A stretch of 64,000 nucleotides of DNA, taken from NCBI GenBank assembly GCA_040954595.2, contig CM082576.2, positions 2,454,760-2,518,759 of the forward strand, read 5' to 3'. Both the position numbers and the translations under genes were made by a program. The notes under the pieces are model-generated. The model had not been told where the DNA came from and did no database searches. It worked only from the letters and a program-made list of their open reading frames with translations. This DNA is from Balanoglossus misakiensis. Taxonomy: Eukaryota; Animalia; Hemichordata. Shown here in pieces: positions 40,289 through 49,864 of the stretch. The first letter of the stretch is position 1; each line of letters starts with the position of its first letter.

Positions 40289-41097
40289 GACAAGTATTTT
40301 CCTCAACTTCTTTTAGCAATCAAAAATAAGTAAAACTCAGTAATCAAAAATAAGTAATATGTACTCACAGGAATCTCATAGCACAGTGGCTGTATTTCAT
40401 TTTTCACATTCTGACTGTACAGCATAGTATTGTTTATTTTAAGTGCGGTTAATAATTTCAAAAAGCTAGATAGACAGATAATATCTGCCAGAAAGAGTAT
40501 TAATACTGAACATGCTGAAGAATTCAATGTTCTTGACTTCACTTCTTTCTTGGGTATAAACAATTACGCAACTGTGACTATACTGACACAACGAAATTGT
40601 GATGGTGGTAAAAAGTACACGCGAAGGAATTTGTGACGGAAAGCAAAACGTTTTCGTGTTTTTATGAGCAATATTCTCGGGGTTTTGTTCCCAAATTCAC
40701 ATGTACATGCTGTATGGGGAAAGTCTACTCCAGTGCTGCTGATAAAACAGCGCCCCCACCGCGTTTTCATTATAATGGATGACGTGTCCTAGCTGCTTTA
40801 ATATGCGTCAGACGTCACTATGTTTGTTTATGGCATACACACTGCCATTGCATGTACTGAGGAAGTATTTTCTCAACCATGTATGACTGAATTAGATTTA
40901 CATAAACTAAACATTTCAAATTGTACTAGTGCTGGGGTGACATCCATGGTTTGAGTAGGGATCTTCAGACTCATAAAGCACAGACAAATGGTTGTGACCA
41001 TTGTTCAGTGTGTGACGTAGTATTTCATACGCAAAGTACCTAGAAATCTGCTGAAAAAGCAGAATTGACTTGAATGCAGTGGTTTAAAATACTAGTT

Positions 41098-41141
41098 CTC
41101 ACTGAACCTAAAGTTTCTTCGATAATGTCACAATTTATATA
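41098..41141 (+). promoter_or_regulatory. Type-3 Pol III promoter of Y-like RNA 3: PSE + TATA
   Basis: CTCACTGAACCTAAAGTT at about -68 and TTTATATA at about -32. Confidence 0.75.
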
Positions 41142-41165
41142 CAATACAAAGCATACAATCAGAGT

Positions 41166-41241
41166 AAGTGAGGTCCGGAGGTGATGGATTATCGTGAATA
41201 CACTTTACCCCCTCCATCCCAGTATTTGACCTTCATTTTTT
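41166..41241 (+). ncRNA. Y RNA / stem-bulge RNA-like gene, copy 3
   Basis: AAGTGAGGTCCGGAGGTGATGGATTATC...TCCATCCCAGTATTTGACCTTCATTTTTT. GGUCCG/UUGACC lower stem as in vertebrate Y RNAs; GATGGA/TCCATC upper stem; TTATC; T6 terminator. Confidence 0.85.
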
Positions 41242-42802
41242 AAATGTACACCACTAAATAATCTTCAATGCTTTTATTTTTTTCATCAAATATTACACAT
41301 ATTGATGAAAAACTATACAATAAAATGTGAATACAGACATGCAATATTATAAATAGATTAAATGGTTTTTACATGTATATGAAAAAAAAATGTTGATTAA
41401 TTTCTCACATAGAACCACCAAAAAGGTGATATTGTCACTGATATGGTCTGTCTAATTTGTAAAATTAAGTTAATATTTGGTGGGAACATTCTCTTATCTG
41501 TGGGCCAGGAATTCGAGGAACGATGTGTATATTTCCCTGAACAACTATCACTCCCTGTGATGTTGATGGAATGATATTTGTCATTCATGCATGATTGAGA
41601 GTAATTAACTTGTAAACGCAAACGCATATTACCCAAGGTAGGTCGAGGTTGTGAACCACACCTGTACTGGCATAATGTGCCTTGATATTGAGAACAACTT
41701 TGACAGAAAAGATAAAAAGAATTTGTAAAGAATACCCTAGATTAATTGAAATGAAAGATACATCGCTGTAGGCATTACAGACTGGTCAGATACAGAGCAC
41801 AGGTAGCTATCAAGCAATTGTATACAATACATGTAAGGTCACCACAAGGCATGTGATATTTGGTTTAGAGTTTGGCATTGTACACAAACCAAACTTACAA
41901 ATGTGTGAACAGGAATCTACAAATAGCAATGACTATGAAAAAACCCATCATTCCATACAATATGTCACAGTCATACACTTTTGACAAATACAGTGTTACA
42001 AACATAGGAACAAAAATCTCACGAAAAATTAATTTATACATGTATAAGAATGACAGCAATATACATATAAATGTGATATCAGATCAACATGGATTGGTAT
42101 GACTGCAATTGAATATTATATGCAAGAAGTATTTTTCTTTACACAAAGTGTGGTTCAACATTATTCTAAAATCCTATTCATATTATGTTTTTTAAGGTTA
42201 GTGAATTAACATTCCACAGCAGGTAAAAAAGTAAGTGAAGTCTCAAGTGATAATAATATCCTAATAAAAATTAAACAGCATCATCAAAGAATAAAACACC
42301 AAAAGTCCGAAAATAATATATCTTACAATAAGTGTCATATAATATGTTTTGCAGCAACTTTAAAATTTCATTTTTTCAGAAAAAGCATCATGTCAGGGAT
42401 AAATGCTGGAAATATCATGATTCTAACTATACAACTTGATTATCATGCTGAGAAAAAAATCTCCACCTTGTCTTAATTGCAAATTATATTTGAGAATACA
42501 CTGGTTTGTTTTCTCCAAACTAGCAAGAGTGGCGTATTCTTTCCCTTAGGTCCCCCTGATCCTTTACACAGCTTCAGACCAACCTTGTAAATGAGAACAA
42601 GTTTCAGGTGAAAAAAAACACAACTTTAGGCAACAAACTTTACTTCAGCCCCCGTGATCAAGTAAAATGATAGTGGTTCAGCCTCATTGACTTCTGGGAT
42701 GATATATGAGCAAATGGCAAGTGCAACAATTGTACACAGTAATGATGCCCTTTTAAGTTACCAGTATATTTGTCTAATTCTTTCAGCAGAGAGAAAGACT
42801 TC

Positions 42803-45800
42803 CTACATCATTTTCCTTTGGAAAATGAGCAGCAGCTTGTGGGTTATGGTGTATCCACTTGCTTTGACATCCTTGGTGGCAACAATACAGGACAACTCCC
42901 AACCTCGTCTTCCCATCTCTGCGACGGTATCGTTCCAACTTCCAACGGCGCTCACTGAGACACCACCCATACCATGCTGAAACGCAAAGCTGCAAGTTAT
43001 AGGTCTGCCTATTATACACAATGACAAAATGTACTGACAAAACCCAAGCTAACATTTAGAACCATGGTCAAACACAACTGGTATCATATTGGTACCAGAC
43101 ATGAACTGGATGTTTTAAATTGACCCAGGATGGAATTTTTGCGGCATGGTCACTGAAATCACATTCTGAACACACAGCTTTTCAGTATATAACCTGCAGT
43201 TCATTTTTCTCACAAAAGCTAAAATATACTCTTGCCAAGATCGCCTCTCACAATTTACTCAAATCGTCACGCTCTTGAAAACTAATAATGTTACCCTGTG
43301 AAGTATTTCTGACTCACTCAAGGTTGCAAAAGTATTTTTAAAATGACAACAACACAAAAACCAACAATGAATTTTATTCCTGAGTTTCCTGTGCTAAGGT
43401 CAAGTATGATTGAACACTTACAGCTACTCGATGGTAGTATTCCACGACAGCTCCCTGATACTGGGGCCTGGGATCTTCTAGTCTGCTGATTTCCTTCTCA
43501 AAGAACCAGATTGAGTTTTGTGTGATTGAGGAAGAAAATCCTAGAAATAAAAACAAACAAGAGATCCAACTCTAACCAACAGTTTGAAAACATATTTTGA
43601 AAACTGACAGTAATAATGACAAGCACATTTACCACTAACTCAAAGCCCTTGAAATCCTTTTTCCCAAGTCAGTGTCTGAGTATAACACTGGCTTTGGTAA
43701 GTCTTTATAAGAAGAAAATGGCTCACTGGCTGCCATTGGAAAAATATTAAATTACAGCTTCAATATATTCTGCTCTTGCAATCACAACATTGGAGATTCC
43801 TTACCCCCATGAACTGACATTGAATTGTCATAGAAGATATCCACTAACTTCCAGCCTGCGGAAAGGTACGATTGGAGTGGTGCGCTCCAATCAAAGTTAG
43901 TGTCCATGGAGACGGAAACAATACCTCTTCTGACGGTAGAAGTGATTGGAATGTTGACAGCTTGATAGGTGTACATTGGAGGGCTTGGGTTAATTGGAAG
44001 TTGAAACAGAAGATCGATACCAAACACTGCAAATGAATGACAACATGGTTATGTTTTTTCATTTTTTCTGTGTATCACTATCAGCATCCTAAAGTATGAT
44101 TGAATACCCATTATTATGCTTATGAAAGTGATCTATATGCATACAGATTCTGTTAATAAGTAGAGGAGATGGGCAATTGAACGTGTGCCACTGTGGTCAC
44201 TACAACATGCATGTTCTTTCTCAAGAGAAACAAAATTCAAGTGACACTTCATTCATTTCATGTCATTTTCTTTAATAACTGTACACATACAGTATGTACA
44301 TCAGCACACACAAGCCACCCATTAATATATTGGCAGTAAAAAAATTTCAATTCAATAAAACATTACACGTTCGAAATCAGCAGTTTTATCAAAAGCCAAG
44401 ACTGAGATTCCTGTAGACAGACAGGAACTTCCTATGATATACAGCATTGCAAGTCACAAAGCATCAGGTCAATTTCTCACAATGAAACAGTTCTGGTATG
44501 TCATTCAGGCAACATGGTGGCACATCCAGAGGCATTTGCCAAAAGGCAATCAAGTAAAGGCTGTGCAAGCCAATGCAATGGGTTGGCAATTGGTAAAAAT
44601 CTTTCATGCAATATCCTACCTCCTCCTTGGCGATTAAACCCTCCACCTGCAGCTGTAGGTAATCCCATGGCTCGCATTCCTCTTGCTTTACGAGTCACTG
44701 GAAGTGCTCCTGCCGCCTGCATAGATGCTTCCAAACAAATAAGCCTGCCACCTTTTGCACTGATGTCAGAGATCTGGAGTGATGATGAGTGATGTGGGAA
44801 GATGTTGATATGAACAGTATCATAGTGACTAAGTACCTTGAGCACATGATACAAAATGCAATAGTTTTAGCCAATAACATCCCAGCAGGGACAACCTTAG
44901 CTAACTTTACCTGGCCAATGAGATTGGAGGTATCCACAGCAATTTCTCTGTTGAATGAGAACATCATCTGTACACCAGACTGCATGAACTGTGGTGTAAT
45001 AGCACTCTTAATGACATACAGCTGCCATCCACCAGGTGACCTTCGGGCAAACCAAATGAAGAAAATTATTATTAACCTTAACGGAGAGTGGAAAATATTT
45101 GTTGTCGTCTTTCTTATTATATTTAAAATTAATCTAAAACAGAAAACAGAGGCAATTGTGCTTAAACATCTGCACACTAAATTTTGAGAAAACTATAAGT
45201 GGGATTATTAGGGTTATGGCCAATATTGGCTTATGTTATTATGTTGAGGTATGCATGCTGCTGATTATTAATATTGAATGTGTATACAGATCTGATTGCT
45301 TGATTCACTAGCCTGTCACCATGGTCACAGCTAGCATGAATGAGCACATCACCAGGCCATTACTAATATAGTGTTGGAAGCAATGGCCAAGTGTTTTTAT
45401 GTCTGCAATTCAGTAGTGTTTAAGTGTGGGGTCGGTCCAGCTCAGACAGGCCCATATAAGAATAGTGAAAAATATAAACCAATCCCCCATCTGAGACAAG
45501 TGAAGAGTATTCGTGCATAGAAATAACATGGAGTATCGTTGACATACTGGTTTGGGGTTCTTGCAAATATTCCTTGAAACTGTAGAGTCATATCCGAGGT
45601 GAAATAGCCGTGACGATCATAAGTCCCTGGAATCATGTTGAACTGCATCAATTCATATCCCTTAGCATACTGCTCGGCTAACAGTGGATAATAAGCATCG
45701 ATATCAGTAGTAGTATCAACTGAAAAACCAACAAGGCCCCCTGAGGAGAAAAAAAAGTCAAAGGTCAATGCAAATACAGTAGCCTTAATGTTTTTTAGTT

Positions 45801-46134
45801 CAAAAGACATTCCTTTTTGCATAAATTTGCTAGAACTTGTTTCACTGGTGATAGGCATCTTGCTATTTAGTTGTTGTACCTCCATTAATGTATATACTAT
45901 ATTGAGGTGTGAACCCACATACATATCTCAGAACCAACTCTACTTTTACTTGGATAGTAAAACATGCCAAAGTGATTACTTACGATATTTTGTAGTCACG
46001 GTTACTGGAACGTTAACAAACAGATACTCCACTTGTGGATAAGCGTATGGGGTAGCATCTTGTGGAAGAAAAGCCCAGGGATCTTGGGGTCCCTGGTTCT
46101 GGTACTGAGATGACTTTGACATGCAACTACCCAT
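42803..46134 (-). CDS. N-myristoylated raftlin-like protein, 7 coding exons, ~380 aa
   Basis: Exons 45984-46134, 45548-45740, 44911-45040, 44620-44773, 43805-44026, 43422-43540, 42803-42976 (1143 nt, in frame). Starts MGSCMSK (G2 myristoylation pattern, C4). Recurrent helix-G[YW]xL modules: EQYAKGYELMQF, ISAKGGRLICL, YLSAGWKLVDI, EMGRRGWELSCI. The gene model is solid; the family call is by resemblance only. Probable non-coding first exon with donor near 47007. Confidence 0.7.
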
Positions 46135-46512
46135 GGTTGAAAACTTGACTGTCCCTGAAAGGTGAACTCAGCTGATATTCTGTCTATGTGTATTCAAATC
46201 CCATGCAAACAATGCATCTGAAATATTGAAATATCATAGTCTTACACTCTGATGTTGGTTTTAAAGGTAAGTACCCATAGTAAGAAAAATTCTCACACAT
46301 CATGCCATACTGTACCAGCATCGACTTTGACAAACTTTTGAATTAAAATTGTTTACAAAAAGTCTCAAGCTGACGAATCAACATCACCCAAACCAATTCG
46401 TAACCCTGACCTCTGAATGACCTTGCAGGTGCGACCTTCTCCGTACACTCCTTACTCTTGTACACGCACGCGCCGCAAAGGGGAAAGTAGGTCACAGTGA
46501 CAGTGTCGTGGG

Positions 46513-46587
46513 GTGGGGGTTGTTACACAGCGATATCACCCCTGCCACTGCGATATCACGCCTATATCGCAGTGTAACAACCCCCAC
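46513..46587. repeat. 24-bp near-perfect inverted repeat (hairpin)
   Basis: GTGGGGGTTGTTACACAGCGATAT (46513-46536) and ATATCGCAGTGTAACAACCCCCAC (46564-46587); one mismatch; 27-nt spacer. Confidence 0.8.
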
Positions 46588-48660
46588 GCAACTGTGATTG
46601 TAGGTTGCCGTCGCACCTTTTAATACTGAACCGCATCCGCTCCCAGAAAATACCATCCACAGGCCATCACGGGACATCATTACCATTCTCTACACCACGC
46701 ACCATAAATAGATGCAATGACTGTAGCAAGTGTTGCTACCGTGCGAGAAACATCGTCAACCAAGCCACACCCGCAACAAATACATGTCGTACAGCCATTG
46801 CAGCTATTAAACATTACATCTTCGCCCGCCAAGGTCTTGCTGTGGTCACTGGTCAAACCAACGACCCGTGCGAGCGGACGATAACAACATGATGATACAT
46901 ATCATGCATACTGTACTGGATGTAGACTGTAGTGTAGAGCACATTTTACATGGGCGTTGATCAAAGACAGCATATCATGGAGACTGCTGTCGGTTTTGAA
47001 TACTCACCTGTAATCTTGAGGATCTGTCGAATCTTCTCAGCATCTGTTGTAAGGTTTTGCGTTTGTCGCGTCGGCCCAGGGTCGAGTCCGGTCCTGGACG
47101 GCCAATCGACAGGCTAGCAGTCCAAGGTTATACCATAACAAGGTCATAAGTGAATGACTAATCTTTGCGCAGTGTTGTGCGCACAGGTCGACAGGACATA
47201 CATGTATAAAATTTGCTCCTATCGTTTATGCAACCGTAACATGCATGGGTAAGATGGGTGATGATGATGAATTATGGTGAAAACGGACAAAGATTTGTAA
47301 ATTATTAACAAAATCTCACCGAAATAACCAAATAATTGGAAAATAATACAAGACCCTCATCTATTAACGAACTTCACCGTGGTTATGTAAAACTGTGTAA
47401 AATCGTCAGTGAGCTGATGATGATGTTTCCATGACATATCGTCATATGCATTATATTTTGAATCAAACTCGCTATTATTGTCGGATAACATGTTCTCTCG
47501 AAGAAATCACCAATATGGCGAGGGAGGGGAGAAACCTGATCATATATTGGCTATTTTAGTTTTTAAGTCGTGTGCCCTCGATTGCTTTGTTTGGTCTACT
47601 CAATATTTCGATCAAAAAGTCTATTTCTGCCCTGTTTACGGCCATCTCTTACTTTGGCTTTCACTTTGTTGAGGGACAATTTGCCTGAAGCGCCTCACAT
47701 GTCTAAAGTCAGCTATCAATCCATCAACTATGGCTTGCCATATCAGCGTTCAGTGTTTGCAAACTTTCTTTTTGGCATGATGCACTCTTGAAATTACCGA
47801 AAATAACTACGCGACTAGTTTTCAACGTATAGGCCTACAATACTGAAACTAGTTTGAAAAAAAAAAACTGTTAAAGCACTAGCTATATCGTGGTTTTATT
47901 GGTATGGATCGATTTGGAAATATAAATATAGTCGAATGTATTATTTTAACACGCATGCAAAGACCAGTTTTGTTTTGCTGGCAGCAATAAAACTGCCAGT
48001 GCATTCTGTGGGAATACTTTCACGAGGTCGGCGTTAAAGAACAAAAATAGTTGGGTCCGCGGAGTCATTCAAACAGACTTGAAATTTTCTGGAGTGGCAG
48101 GGGAGACGTGAACCGTCATTGGCAGTTAGGGAGTTAGAAGGAATCGGAAAATATTTTAGTTCCTTGCAAACAAAGAGACATCATACCGGTACTCTATTTC
48201 AGGTTACCTGTTTTGAAGTTATTTTAAAGTGGGTTGTTAATCCAAGACTCATTCTGTTGGTGCTCATAGTAAGCCTAATATAGAATCATTTGCATTCCGT
48301 GACTTGAATTGATGCATTGAATTCAATTGAAATGAAATGAAATGAAAAACAATACAAGGGAATGTGACATGGCAGGCGATGCCATTGAATTTCCATATTA
48401 AATAATCACGCACCAACAAGTAAAGATACAAAGCAACCCAAGCACATTTCGTGGCTGTGCGCTTGAAGTAGTCACAGCTCTGATGAAAATGATAATTTCA
48501 ACAAGAATTCTCTTTTTTGGCTTGGCACACTAATTATACAGCACCACTCTGACTCTCTAGTAGGCTGAGTGGTCCATTGAAGTTTCTGACCACTACCCTC
48601 TATCCACTTTTTCTGAACGCAGCAGAGTGGTGACTATACCCCCACGAGGTAGAGCGTAAT

Positions 48661-49716
48661 ATGTGCATTGCATCGACGGGGAAAACACCTGTACGAATGA
48701 CACGTCTGAAACTCCCAAGTATCGTGTATTTAATGCTTCTCCACGGCCTGGAACTTGTGATGACGTTGTTTGTAATTACACCGTGTGTGCTTGGTTATTG
48801 GCGAGGAGTGTGGACTTTCCTTAGTGAACTTCATTTGTGGTCATCGCCGGTTGTCACTTATTGGGCGATTCTGATCGAGGGGCTCATTCTGGTCTACATC
48901 TTTGGTCTTCTGCAGAATTTACACGGTGCATGGTTTCCGTTCGAAACTCTCCGGTGGCACATTTACAGCAGGTGCTACAGTTTTGTACAGGCGTTCGCCA
49001 CGGTCAGCCACTGGCTGGGAGCATGGAAACTGCTGGATTACTATACAACGACCAGCACGGTCAGCGCGTTGTTAACCCTCTTGGCGGGAGGCTTTGGCCT
49101 GATGCTACTGCGCGGGGTCAGCAACATCTATTCGCCGCCGGCCGCGGTATTGCTTGACCACGAACCCGACGTGTTCAAGTACAGCACGAGATTCAGCATA
49201 GATAGTTCCGACTGGAGCGTCAAACACTGGTTTCTGCTTGATTTGGCTCTGAGTTACTGTGTCGTGCGCAGTCTTGTTGTGTGCTTTTGGCGCGGCGTTT
49301 GGCAAATGCTCGACAACCTCCTCATTTCCAACTGTGTTTCTTTGGCTATAGGTTACGGCACATTTACTTTGTGTTACTTTCTGCAGAACCCGGCCAAAAG
49401 AGCATCAAAGGCGGTGTCTGGCCGGCCACTCCTTCAGTTACTGCTTGAAGATGCATACATGTTTACCGTTAGTTTTGGTGTTATCAATATATGGAAGGCT
49501 CTGTGGGGTATTTATAACCTGTATATTCTACCGGACAAGCTTACTATCAGTTGCATTTTGACCACCGTCATCGGAACTTTGGTCGTTTATTGCGTGCAAG
49601 CCGGCAGATGCATCGCATCTATCGGCTGCTCTGTCGATGGAAACTCGGACGACGGGTCAGGAATCCTCTTTCTGCATTTCTTCAAAAATCTGGTACGTGA
49701 AGGAGACCGTGGATGA
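48661..49716 (+). CDS. Fuseless-family multipass membrane protein, intronless ORF of 351 aa
   Basis: Two internally repeated hydrophobic halves, each with [YF]WRGVW followed by a second W-x-x-x-W motif (HWLGAW, IWKALW), as in Drosophila fuseless-type proteins. The start could also be the Met at 48697. Confidence 0.8.
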   Translation: MCIASTGKTPVRMTRLKLPSIVYLMLLHGLELVMTLFVITPCVLGYWRGVWTFLSELHLWSSPVVTYWAILIEGLILVYIFGLLQNLHGAWFPFETLRWHIYSRCYSFVQAFATVSHWLGAWKLLDYYTTTSTVSALLTLLAGGFGLMLLRGVSNIYSPPAAVLLDHEPDVFKYSTRFSIDSSDWSVKHWFLLDLALSYCVVRSLVVCFWRGVWQMLDNLLISNCVSLAIGYGTFTLCYFLQNPAKRASKAVSGRPLLQLLLEDAYMFTVSFGVINIWKALWGIYNLYILPDKLTISCILTTVIGTLVVYCVQAGRCIASIGCSVDGNSDDGSGILFLHFFKNLVREGDRG

Positions 49717-49864
49717 TTTAAACATTTTCTATCATTTGGGGGAGGGGGTTACCTGCGCCGCGCGATTCCTATAGTCGCGCCATGCCTTGACACGATTCTT
49801 GAGGTAGAATAAGCATGATCTGATTGGTCAATTTGCGTGAAGCGTCATCCGCACTCAGCCTGCG

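Noticed and set aside
39634-41241. Alternative readings of the three repeats as H/ACA snoRNAs, pre-miRNAs, tRNA-derived SINEs or splice donors (GTAAGT)
   Set aside because: No H/ACA boxes, A/B boxes, TSDs or long perfect stems, and no upstream exons. Bulged-C stem, UUAUC, T-run and PSE/TATA spacing fit Y/sbRNA genes better.
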